Assembly: GCA_965214045.1 (NCBI GenBank)
Contig: OZ243935.1
Span: forward strand, 2,578,409 to 2,642,408
DNA length: 64,000 nucleotides
From: Candidatus Poribacteria bacterium
GTDB taxonomy: Bacteria > Poribacteria > WGA-4E > WGA-3G
Direction of reading: 5' to 3'
Shown: one piece after another, positions 9,287 through 17,994 of the stretch
Numbering within the stretch: position 1 is the stretch's first letter
How the letters are laid out: each line of letters starts with the position of its first letter
The notes under the pieces: model-generated
What the model saw: only the letters and a program-made list of their open reading frames with translations
Database searches by the model: none
What the model was told of the DNA's origin: nothing
Made by a program: the position numbers and the translations under genes

Positions 9287-9358
9287 TTGATGCAGGGATT
9301 CATCGCCAATTCAGTGTTTTTCGCATTGGCACGGAAATTGCATATATCCCTGCATCAA
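9287..9358. promoter_or_regulatory. 12-bp perfect inverted repeat with nested hairpin upstream of the DUF4159 gene
   Basis: TTGATGCAGGGA (9287-9298) pairs with TCCCTGCATCAA (9347-9358). An inner GCCAAT...ATTGGC pair is present. Confidence 0.4.
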
Positions 9359-9410
9359 CAACTTTTTATTTTCTGTAGGATACGCAAATATTCCTTGGAG
9401 GTAATAACGA

Positions 9411-10889
9411 ATGAGTGCAAAACGAACCTCAGGTGCCTTTATGACTTCATTGGTACTTCACGCGGTCATTGCGTTCATTGCTGGCATTTATCTTGTCACG
9501 CAAACTGAACAGTTCAAAGATCTCGTGGGTGCTGAAGTGCTCCAACCGAAGGAGCCGCCGAAGCCGAAGGTACGAAAACCCGTTGTAAAGCCTGTTATTA
9601 AGCCGACTGTTCCAACACAGAACACCGTCGTCGTTGAACAGGTTCAAGTGCAACCTCGTGTAACAACTGCGTTTGTTGCTAAGTCAAATTTCCAACCGCA
9701 GACAGTACTCGAATTTTCAAACCAAACCGTTAAAGTGGACGCACCGATTAATCCGAATGTACCGAGAGTGGTTACGCCGAACGCACCCGTGCCGACAGTT
9801 GTAACACACGCCGATCTCCCTGTTTCGGATGCCCCCGGTGCCTTAGCGTTCTCCGCACCCGTAGCAACTGCCCCCTCCGCTGGACCGGCTAATATCGGTC
9901 GTGGTGTTGCAGGGAGCGTCGTACAGGTGAAAGTCGCTTTTGAACGTCCCCCTGGACTCGCAATGGTTGAAAACGTCGGTGCCGCACGCGATGCCCTCGG
10001 CGATGTCGTTGAAAACATCACCCTCGGTAACGTTGAAGTGCCACCCCTGCCCAGAGGTGAACCCGGTGGGCGCGTCATTGGTAAAGGTAAGGACATCCGC
10101 GGCGTCTTCCGTTTCACACGGATCCGCCACAGTCTCTCTGACTGGTGGGCTGATGCTTCTTCTCTCAACGCATTGACGAAGTGGCTCAACGAACGTACCA
10201 AAATCAAAACCGACATGAACGTTGAAGGTGGCGCATTGAAACTTACGGATGCCAACCTCTTCAAAACACCCTTCGTCTTTATGACAGGACACGATCCGTC
10301 ACTCACCCGTTCTCGTAACTTGCTCGGACGGCAGTATGGTGGTGGTAAAATGGATAGCCGTCTCACCGAGACTGAAGCCGCTGGTATGCGTCGCTATCTC
10401 GTTGAAAAAGGTGGATTCCTTGTCTTTGACGATTGCGGTGTGAACGCACCTGCGCAAGCGATGATTCGTCTCTTCCTCGCACAGATGCGCTATGTCATGC
10501 CTGAGTATCAGATTGAACGTATTGCTAACGAGCACGAGATTTACGATAACTTCTATGAAATGGGCGGTCCACCTGTCGGATACGACATCTTCTGGTGGGG
10601 CACACGTCCGCCGAAACGGAACTTCCTTGAAGGTATCTCCGTCGGTGAAAAGTTATCGGTTATCATGGTGCGTCGTGACTACATGTGCGCAATGGAGTCT
10701 GTCAGTCTCCCGACACGGAGTGTCCACTATTCACCCGGCGTCTATCGTTTCATGACGAACGTTGTGGTGTACGCGTTGACACACGGTCAGATTTCCGACT
10801 ACTCCGGTTATGTGCCTGAAGATACGTTAGCCCAGAAGGAACTTCCGACGAGCGCACCTGAAGCTGCGAAAGTCAGCGGTTTTGAATAG
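9411..10889 (+). CDS. membrane-anchored DUF4159-domain protein
   Basis: GGAGG Shine-Dalgarno. N-terminal TM segment, Pro/Val-rich linker, and a C-terminal region (SDWWADASSLNALTKWLNERT...PFVFMTGHDP...GGFLVFDDCG) that matches my memory of DUF4159. Confidence 0.75.
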   Translation: MSAKRTSGAFMTSLVLHAVIAFIAGIYLVTQTEQFKDLVGAEVLQPKEPPKPKVRKPVVKPVIKPTVPTQNTVVVEQVQVQPRVTTAFVAKSNFQPQTVLEFSNQTVKVDAPINPNVPRVVTPNAPVPTVVTHADLPVSDAPGALAFSAPVATAPSAGPANIGRGVAGSVVQVKVAFERPPGLAMVENVGAARDALGDVVENITLGNVEVPPLPRGEPGGRVIGKGKDIRGVFRFTRIRHSLSDWWADASSLNALTKWLNERTKIKTDMNVEGGALKLTDANLFKTPFVFMTGHDPSLTRSRNLLGRQYGGGKMDSRLTETEAAGMRRYLVEKGGFLVFDDCGVNAPAQAMIRLFLAQMRYVMPEYQIERIANEHEIYDNFYEMGGPPVGYDIFWWGTRPPKRNFLEGISVGEKLSVIMVRRDYMCAMESVSLPTRSVHYSPGVYRFMTNVVVYALTHGQISDYSGYVPEDTLAQKELPTSAPEAAKVSGFE

Positions 10890-10932
10890 GATTTTTGTAT
10901 CTAAGCGCGGTTTTTAACCTCGCACTTTGTTG

Positions 10933-10971
10933 GGGTTGTTTGGTTACCCTCTGACGGTAGCTAAACAGCCC
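10933..10971 (+). terminator. 16-bp imperfect hairpin after the DUF4159 gene (terminator-like, weak T tract)
   Basis: GGGTTGTTTGGTTACC-ctctgac-GGTAGCTAAACAGCCC, with 3 G:T wobbles. Confidence 0.35.
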
Positions 10972-11213
10972 TTACATATTGCAACCCAGTTCGCTTCCCA
11001 GCGGTCTGAACATAAAGCCCAATTCTTCCCAACAGCAATTTCCCCAGCATAATTCCTAAAAAATCCAAATTTTTTCATGTAATGCAATGTTTCCTGTCCA
11101 AAATCGCGTCTTAACACTATAATAGCGTGATAGTGTGAACGGTATCGCAGTGTTTATAGTAGAATTTGAAAATATGCGGGCATTTTAGAAGGGACGGAAC
11201 ACCGCCCCTTGCT

Positions 11214-11234
11214 GGCGAGGTTTCTAACCTCGCC
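11214..11234. repeat. REP-like hairpin GGCGAGG-TTTCTAA-CCTCGCC (copy 1)
   Basis: Identical 21-mer at 33715-33735. A degenerate copy is at about 10904-10924. Confidence 0.7.
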
Positions 11235-11343
11235 TTATCGGCGGTCAACCCTTAATTTGGATGATTGAAGCACTCCTGTCAGATTAGGTGATAATGCGAT
11301 GTTCCTAACACTCATTTACTGCTAAGTCGTCCCAACAACAGGA

Positions 11344-13062
11344 GTGAGCATAATGATAGACCTGAGTAATGTGCTGAGAGCTTCAGCGAACGTTCCAGTG
11401 CAGGCACATTGGGATCCAATCGAGAATACAGCGAATAACTTGCATCGATCGACAAAAGAGAAGTTTAATCGAGCCAAGGCACAGTGGAAAGAACCGATAG
11501 ATATGACATGGGAACAGTGGTTGGAGGTGTTCAATCCCGGACCCGCACATGTCCTGAAAAACTACAACACGACGGATTTTCAAGCCTTTCTTCCGCCATC
11601 AACCGTCGACGTGGGAGATGTCTGGGACTTGGATCCGGAAGGGATTCTCCCCTTTCTTTGCCAGTTCCATCCCAGCGCAACAATGAATGTCAAATATGGT
11701 CAGAACGGAGCAAAGGCGTGCTTACGGGCACTTTCGTCTGAATATGCTGACATTGTTTTCCGAATCCATGCGCGCTTCGCACTGGACGCGTCTATTGATG
11801 CCTACTTGATGCCAGCGCAATTTGCTGGACATCTGCTCATCAATCGCAACAGCGGAACGATTTGCCAATTTACGCTATCGCTTCCTAATCGCAATAGTAA
11901 TGTAGATATCGGTGCTTTTAGAACTCATGATATAGGATTTGTCCCTCGCATGGAACTCTACAGTTTATCGGAGATGCAACCAGAATCGATTGTTTGGGAG
12001 GTAGCCATCACGGAGGAAGAAGCCAATAAAAAGTTTCAGAGCGCACTCTACAAGTTTGCTGAAATTGAGTGGACCCCGATTGAAGATGCAGTCGAACTCG
12101 CGAAATCATCGAATCGTCCGATCCATGCGGTCCTCCTATTCGGTGTCCTCGACGATGAATCCTGCTGAGGAACCGGCAAAGCCTTGAGAGCGGGTCCGCT
12201 CTCCTCACCGAAAATTATCAATTTGCTCAACACGTACTTTGTGAACGTCTGGGTTCTGTTCAGAGAGTTGCCCGAGCTACAAACGGGTACCAAAGGGATA
12301 GCAGCGGGTGCCTTGGCAACGCAACTCCGACAACGTTACTCCGATTCTGTGGACAGCCTGACACTCACCGCCGACTTGGAAGTGATTGAACACCTCCCCA
12401 GTAAGAATTTATTTCATCCGGATTATCGCCTACCTCACAGTGAGCGGATACCCCGATATTTGGAGATGCTTAAGTCATCTGTGGGTATGGAAGTTGTGCC
12501 ACAAAAACCGAGGAAATTTGGAAAGCACGATCTATCCCGTAGACTTGCCGAGGCCTATGAAAAATTTGGAAAACCTGCACCTGATTTTTCTGCAACAGAT
12601 ATTGATGGCGAACCCATTTCGCTCCAGCAATATCGTGGGAAAGTCATCCTCCTCGATTTCTGGGCAGTCTGGAGCGGTTTCTGCGTCGGAGAGATGCTGA
12701 AGGTCAAGAAGATATACGATACCTATAAAGATCAGGGATTTGACCTCATCGGAGTCAGCCTCGATACCGATGAAACGAAGTTGCGAAATTACCTTAAGGA
12801 AAATGACATCCTGTGGCGGCAAATTTACACTGGACTGGAACGCCAGAGTCCCCTCGCGCAACAGTATGATGTTCGTTCTATTCCAGCGCGGTGGCTTATC
12901 GATAGGGATGGCACGCTGATCGCCCATGAAGCTACCCACAAGTTGATCTCTCGCAGAGGTAGGGAGGCAGATTTAGAGCAGTTGGTGGCAGAAGCAGTGA
13001 CGAATGAAAAGTCCACGGAATCTGTAAAATCCGCGACAATCCGCGATTCAGACGATTACTAA
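11344..13062 (+). CDS. candidate selenoprotein: unknown N-domain + thioredoxin-like domain with C-U at the redox site + C-terminal TlpA/redoxin-like domain (requires UGA 12166-12168 read as Sec)
   Basis: ORFs 11344..12168 and 12184..13062 share a frame and are separated only by TGA plus 15 open nt. The junction AVLLFGVLDDESC-U-GTGKALRAGPLSSPKIINLLNTYFVNVWV matches a Trx-fold active-site layout. A hairpin lies 18 nt downstream of the TGA. The start may be the ATG at 11353. Confidence 0.55.
12186..12203 (+). promoter_or_regulatory. SECIS-like hairpin downstream of UGA 12166
   Basis: GAGAGCG-GGTC-CGCTCTC. The loop G residues lie 27-28 nt after the U of UGA. Confidence 0.45.
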
Positions 13063-13072
13063 CCGATAATCC
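13027..13072. repeat. AATCCGCGATTC-type repeat (left copy), partly coding for the C-terminal tail of the preceding CDS
   Basis: AAAATCCGCGACAATCCGCGATTCAGACGATT. A related copy at 14054-14083 lies on the other side of the 13147..13971 gene. Confidence 0.6.
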
Positions 13073-13082
13073 ATCAAAAAAG

Positions 13083-13112
13083 TGGATATTGCATGCCGAG
13101 TTATGCTATCAT
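13083..13112 (+). promoter_or_regulatory. candidate extended -10 promoter (TGcTATCAT)
   Basis: TGGATA-like -35, then TGC + TATCAT at 13104-13112. It is about 35 nt upstream of the TTG start, which has a GAGGTGA Shine-Dalgarno. Confidence 0.4.
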
Positions 13113-13146
13113 AGCGGGAACAAACATTCCCAATTGAGGTGATAAA

Positions 13147-13971
13147 TTGAAATTCGGTGTATCCACTTATTCTTATTGGCATTTCAAACCTGAACGCGTG
13201 CCGATTGAGCACGTCATTGAGGAAGCCGCACGGCTCGACCTCGACGGCGTTGAAATCTTACATCAACAGATGGCATCGGAAGCGAATCCGTATCTCCAGA
13301 AACTGAAAAGGCTCGCTTTCATTCATGGACTCGATTTATACGCACTCTCCATCCATCAAGGCTTCGTTTCGCCAGACGCGGCAACACGGCAAAAAAATAT
13401 TAATCACACGATCCACTGCATCCGATTAGCACACGAACTCGGTATCCCCTCAATTCGCCTCAACTCAGGACGATGGGGCACTGTCCCCTCTTTCGATGAA
13501 TTAATGAAAACCGAAGGGCAAGAACCCGCACTCCCCGGACACACAGAAAACGAGGCGTTTGAATGGGTAATTGCTGCCATCGAAAATTGTCTCCCGGATG
13601 CTGAAAAATACGGAGTCGTTCTCGGACTCGAGAACCATTGGGGACTGACATGCACGCCTGAAGGTGTCAATCGTATCGTCTCTGCTATCGACTCAGACTG
13701 GCTGAAGGTGACAATGGATTGCGGGAATTTCCTGTCAGATCCATACCAAAAACTGGAACAGATTGCAGATGAAGCAGTGCTTGTCCATGCGAAGACTTAT
13801 TACGGTGGTGGTGAATGGTATACGTTAGATTTGGATTATGCTAAAATTGGGAACATTCTAAAAGATACCGGATTTCAGGGGTACGTATCCATTGAATTTG
13901 AAGGGAAAGCCGAGGCACACATCGGTGTTCCACAGAGTGTAGCAATGCTTCGCGACGCTCTTCCCCATTAA
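13147..13971 (+). CDS. xylose-isomerase-like TIM-barrel protein
   Basis: TTG start with GAGGTGA SD. Sequence KFGVSTYSYWHF...LDLDGVEILH...GLENHWGLT. Confidence 0.85.
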   Translation: MKFGVSTYSYWHFKPERVPIEHVIEEAARLDLDGVEILHQQMASEANPYLQKLKRLAFIHGLDLYALSIHQGFVSPDAATRQKNINHTIHCIRLAHELGIPSIRLNSGRWGTVPSFDELMKTEGQEPALPGHTENEAFEWVIAAIENCLPDAEKYGVVLGLENHWGLTCTPEGVNRIVSAIDSDWLKVTMDCGNFLSDPYQKLEQIADEAVLVHAKTYYGGGEWYTLDLDYAKIGNILKDTGFQGYVSIEFEGKAEAHIGVPQSVAMLRDALPH

Positions 13972-14053
13972 AGCATGGAGTGATGCCGCTCTATACCTAA
14001 GGTATCTCTACGGGACGAAGGGACATCAACAGAAAAACGCTTAAAATTCGCGT

Positions 14054-14083
14054 CATCCGTGATAATCCGCGATTCGGATAATT
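14054..14083. repeat. AATCCGCGATTC-type repeat (right copy)
   Basis: CATCCGTGATAATCCGCGATTCGGATAATT. Confidence 0.6.
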
Positions 14084-14113
14084 TATGCATATTTTTCTTG
14101 GAGAATTTATCTT

Positions 14114-16813
14114 ATGCTAAAAAAAATCGTAGTATCAATTTTGGCTTTTGCGTTGTTCGGAATAGTAGGACGGAATATGGCAATGGCAGACACTGGCGAA
14201 ATAGCGGGAGCAACCAACGCTTCAGAAGCTTGGCGCGCCTTACAGCGTCTACAGACAACTGCCACTGTCCTACACACCGTCGCGCATCCTGACGACGAAA
14301 ATGGCGCGTTGTTGACGTGGCTCAGTCGCGCACGCGGTGTCAGAACTGGGTTATATTCCACGACGCGTGGTGAGGGCGGTGCAAACCTTATCGGACCCGA
14401 ATTGTTTGACGCGCTGGGGATCGTACGGACGGAGGAACATCTTGCCGCTGTGCGCTACTATGGGATTGACCTCTTTTTTAGCAGTGCTGTTGATTTCGGG
14501 TATTCCAAACGGCTGGACGAGACTTTGGAAAAATGGGACTATCAGATGCTTTTGGAGGATATGGTTCGCCTCATCCGTCTCTACCGTCCAGATGTTATCA
14601 TCTCCCGGTTTCAAGGCAACCGCCAAGATGGACACGGACACCATCAGGCATCCGGGGTCGTAACTTTGGAGGCATTCCGTGCTGCGGGCGATGCGAATCG
14701 ATTCCCGGAACACCTTTCCGAAGGACTACACCCGTGGCAACCGAAGAAACTCTATATCACGCGTTCCAGATGGCGGCGCAATACGACCGAAACGCCTGAT
14801 ATACCCGTACTAAAAATTGATACCGGCGAATACAATGCTTTATTGGGACTCTCATACTCCCAAATTGCACGCCAAGGACTCAGTTTCCAACGTTCACAAG
14901 GTGTGGGACAAACACGCGCCGCCAAAGGATCTGCCGTTGCGGAGTTGCGCTTAGTGGATACGACCCTAACCGCCGAGAAAGGGAAACCTGAAGAGAGTCT
15001 CTTTGACGGGATTGATACGACCCTTATGGGTATGGCGAAGTTAGCGAATACATCTGCAGTGGACGCAGAATTCACACAACTTCAGGAAAGCGTTGATGCC
15101 GCAATACGTGATTATGATGCTCGCCACCCCTGGACAGTCGTTCCGCATCTCGCAAGCGGGTTAAAAGCGGTCCGTGGCTTGATCGAAAACGTCCAGCGTG
15201 CTGACCTTGATGACAACACTCGAGCGCATCTCCTGTTCCTGCTTCGGAATAAAGAGCAGGAATTTATGACCGCTGCGAACGCTGCCCTCGGTTTGTCATT
15301 AGAAGTGCTGGTTCAACCGACAACGGAGACCCGTTCATCTGAAACCTTTAACGTTGCAATTCCCGGTCAAAAGTTTTCAATTGGGATGCGAATGGTGAAT
15401 CCCAGTCCGGTCGCGGCTGAACTTGTCAATGCCTCGCTCTATACTCTTGACGGCTGGAATGTACATCGTGTCCAGCAGGATTCGGATCGAAAAGGAATAA
15501 TGTCTATACAGACGAACGAACCCATCTCTATTGTGTTTGAGGTGGAGGTGGTAGGGGATGCAGATTACACGCAACCGTATTGGACCCGCGCCTCGGAATA
15601 TCACGATGCCGTCTATCTGCTGAAGCGTCCAGAATTTCGATTCTTACCCTACACACCCCCTGATGTTCATGGCGTTGTGATCTATCGCGTGGATGGGGTG
15701 GACTTTACACTGACGCAGCCTGCCCAAACGGTTTCAATTAATAGACCGTGGGGGGAAAGACGCCGTTTGCTAACGGTCGCGCCTGCTATCAGTCTATCCG
15801 TTTCACCGCGTATCGGTGTTATTCCGATCTCTGAATCTGCTATGGCAAGTGGGGAAGCAACATTTACCGCAACAGTGGAGATGCTAAATAACGTCCAAGG
15901 TAAAACGGAAGGCACGCTGTCGCTCGAACTTCCAGAAGGATGGCGTATATCCCCTGAAAGGGCATCTTTCGCTTTTACACACGAAGGTGCCAGCAAAACC
16001 TTTACTTTTCAGGTGTCTGCTGAAGGTGTAGAAGCAGGCAGAGATTACACAATTCAGGCGGTTGCTATATCCAATGGTCAGGCATATACCGCTGGTTATC
16101 AGACGATTGATCATCCAGATCTTGAACCGCGACACCTGTATCGTCCTGCTGTCATGACGCTTCGTAGCATCCCACTCAAAGTCCCATCGAATTTGAGCGT
16201 TGGGTATATCATGGGGGTAGGCGACAGGGTACCTGAGGCTCTGCAGCAGATCGGTATCGACGTGGAGATGTTGGATAGGGAGGAACTTCGCACCGGTGAT
16301 CTGAATCGATTTGACACGATCCTCGTTGGTATCCGAGCGTATGCCGTTCGCCGGGATCTCGTTGCCTATAACGGTAGACTCCTCGATTACGTGCATAAAG
16401 GCGGCAACCTCATCGTTCAGTATCAGACTCCAGAATTTGATGCGGCTCCGTTCGGTCCCTATCCTTACACGATGGGCAGACGACCGGAGGAGGTCTCCGA
16501 AGAGGATGCACAGGTAACCATTTTGATGCCAGACAACCCGATCTTCCAACATCCTCATCAGATTACAGCGGCTGATTTCGATGGGTGGGTTGAGGAACGT
16601 GGTTCTAAATTCCTTACCGAATGGGACGCAAACTATCAGGCACTCCTTACGTGCCATGACCGTGAGCAGGAACCGCAACACGGCGGATTCCTCACTGCGA
16701 AATACGGACAAGGCACTTACACGTATGCCGCTTATGCTTTCTATAGACAGCTTCCAGCAGGTGTAGCGGGCGCGTATCGCCTTTTCATCAACATGCTGAT
16801 GCTTAGTAAATAA
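14114..16813 (+). CDS. PIG-L/LmbE-family deacetylase with large C-terminal extension
   Basis: Signal peptide, then VAHPDDENGALLTW...TTRGEGG and HGHH motifs. 899 aa. Confidence 0.85.
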   Translation: MLKKIVVSILAFALFGIVGRNMAMADTGEIAGATNASEAWRALQRLQTTATVLHTVAHPDDENGALLTWLSRARGVRTGLYSTTRGEGGANLIGPELFDALGIVRTEEHLAAVRYYGIDLFFSSAVDFGYSKRLDETLEKWDYQMLLEDMVRLIRLYRPDVIISRFQGNRQDGHGHHQASGVVTLEAFRAAGDANRFPEHLSEGLHPWQPKKLYITRSRWRRNTTETPDIPVLKIDTGEYNALLGLSYSQIARQGLSFQRSQGVGQTRAAKGSAVAELRLVDTTLTAEKGKPEESLFDGIDTTLMGMAKLANTSAVDAEFTQLQESVDAAIRDYDARHPWTVVPHLASGLKAVRGLIENVQRADLDDNTRAHLLFLLRNKEQEFMTAANAALGLSLEVLVQPTTETRSSETFNVAIPGQKFSIGMRMVNPSPVAAELVNASLYTLDGWNVHRVQQDSDRKGIMSIQTNEPISIVFEVEVVGDADYTQPYWTRASEYHDAVYLLKRPEFRFLPYTPPDVHGVVIYRVDGVDFTLTQPAQTVSINRPWGERRRLLTVAPAISLSVSPRIGVIPISESAMASGEATFTATVEMLNNVQGKTEGTLSLELPEGWRISPERASFAFTHEGASKTFTFQVSAEGVEAGRDYTIQAVAISNGQAYTAGYQTIDHPDLEPRHLYRPAVMTLRSIPLKVPSNLSVGYIMGVGDRVPEALQQIGIDVEMLDREELRTGDLNRFDTILVGIRAYAVRRDLVAYNGRLLDYVHKGGNLIVQYQTPEFDAAPFGPYPYTMGRRPEEVSEEDAQVTILMPDNPIFQHPHQITAADFDGWVEERGSKFLTEWDANYQALLTCHDREQEPQHGGFLTAKYGQGTYTYAAYAFYRQLPAGVAGAYRLFINMLMLSK

Positions 16814-16836
16814 ACTATTGTGATGCCTCTCTAAGC

Positions 16837-16873
16837 GAAAAAATGGGACACTTCTGAGATTTTACCTCACATT
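16837..16873 (+). repeat. direct repeat DR-A flanking the sigma-factor gene
   Basis: GAAAAAATGGGACACTTCTGAGATTTTACCTCACATT. It matches DR-B (17995-18033) at roughly 33 of 37 positions. Confidence 0.75.
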
Positions 16874-17130
16874 GTATGCATACGTGCCATTGTGTGCGTT
16901 CCCGATCCTTTGAATGTCTCTCGTCGCACTGCAAACTAACGATTCAACTTCAGCCGCTGGCTGAACCACTTCTCTGTTTGCTGCAAAGCATTTGCAGCAC
17001 AGATCAACTTTTGAAAAAGGAAGAATCAGAGACAATGCTCCAGAACGCTTACGACTATAGTGTAAAATGACAAGGTAAAGGATAAACATCCGTGGGGTCT
17101 TCTCCTTTACCTGCCACAAGGAGAAATATC

Positions 17131-17979
17131 ATGACACACGTGAGTTTTTATACCTTTCACCTTGATGCCGCAACCGAGCGGCTCATTGCTTCCTATCCGC
17201 TATTGACTGCCGAAGCGGAACAGGTCCTTGCCCGTGAGGGTTCTGATGCAGCACACGATAAACTTGTTGTCTCTAACCTGCGACTCGTAAAGTCCATCGT
17301 CCTCAAATTTAGCGGATGTGGACTTGAAGCGGTAGACCTCTTCGGTGCAGGCGTGACAGGTCTTGTGAAAGCCGTCCCTGAGTATCTCCCGTCTCGCGGC
17401 AGGTTCGCCACCTTCGCTCGCCACCCTATCCGAGGCGAAATTCTCAATTACATTGATACCGCCCGAACCGCCTTCCATATACCGGATCCCCTGCGTCGTC
17501 AAGTAAATCAGTATCGTGCTGCCTGTCAGAAACAAGGTGCGGCTGCGACTGACGCAGCCATCGCCGAGGCATTAGGATGGCGTGTTGAAGTGGTTGCGTA
17601 TGTGCGCGATTGTTCGGCACATCAGCAGATGTCCAGTCTTGATGCCCTGCCAGCGGATCCGGACGATGAGATAACGTTAAGTGAAACCCTTGCTGTCGCG
17701 TCTAAGGATCTTGACGCGTTTGAAACTTCATACGATTTAGCAGTATACCTTGGGAAAGTCCCGCGTCGTGAGGCGGACGTGCTTCGTTTGCGGTGGGGGA
17801 TCGGGGTGCCGGAGGCGTTGAGCCTGCGCGCGGTCGCTGCACGGCTTGGGATGTCTCGGTCCTCAGTTTCACGAGTGGAACATGATACACTTGAGATACT
17901 CCGTGAACTCGCTCGGCAAGAGTTGGGTGATGGAAGTTTTATTCTCCCGAGAAGTCAGCATCCACCTCACAACGTTTGA
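17131..17979 (+). CDS. sigma-70 family RNA polymerase sigma factor (group-3-like)
   Basis: ATG at 17131 preceded by AAGGAGA. Region 2: NLRLVKSIVLKF...FATFARHPIRGEI. Region 4 HTH: LSLRAVAARLGMSRSSVSRVEHDTL. A 10-bp inverted repeat AGGTAAAGGA/TCCTTTACCT sits just upstream. Confidence 0.85.
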   Translation: MTHVSFYTFHLDAATERLIASYPLLTAEAEQVLAREGSDAAHDKLVVSNLRLVKSIVLKFSGCGLEAVDLFGAGVTGLVKAVPEYLPSRGRFATFARHPIRGEILNYIDTARTAFHIPDPLRRQVNQYRAACQKQGAAATDAAIAEALGWRVEVVAYVRDCSAHQQMSSLDALPADPDDEITLSETLAVASKDLDAFETSYDLAVYLGKVPRREADVLRLRWGIGVPEALSLRAVAARLGMSRSSVSRVEHDTLEILRELARQELGDGSFILPRSQHPPHNV

Positions 17980-17994
17980 AGAGTTTCGTGCTGT

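Noticed and set aside
9644-10366. 240-aa and 149-aa minus-strand ORFs inside the DUF4159 gene
   Set aside because: They are antisense to a well-supported CDS. Their Pro/Ser/Arg-rich composition is typical of the reverse frame of a GC-balanced gene.
10950-11087. 45-codon minus-strand ORF (MKKFGFFRNYAGEIAVGKNWALCSDRWEANWVAICKGCLATVRG) in the long intergenic region
   Set aside because: It has only a weak SD-like sequence, overlaps the hairpin at 10933-10971, and matches no family I recognise. The support is insufficient.
12166-12168. Global reassignment of UGA (genetic code 4 or 25) as the explanation for the in-frame TGAs
   Set aside because: TGA ends several well-delimited genes here. Examples are 120..1481 (3 nt before the next ATG), 17131..17979, 44336..45421 and 29816-frame controls. 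UGA is therefore normally a stop and any decoding must be site-specific.
15884-16711. 275-aa minus-strand ORF inside the PIG-L deacetylase gene
   Set aside because: It is fully antisense to a CDS with clear family motifs, and it has no recognisable motifs, SD or promoter of its own. The same reasoning applies to 14351..14713 and 14752..15075.
16837-16873. Sigma-54 (-24/-12) promoter in the direct repeat (TGGGAC...)
   Set aside because: GG is present, but the -12 element (TTGC at the correct 10-11 nt spacing) is absent in both copies.
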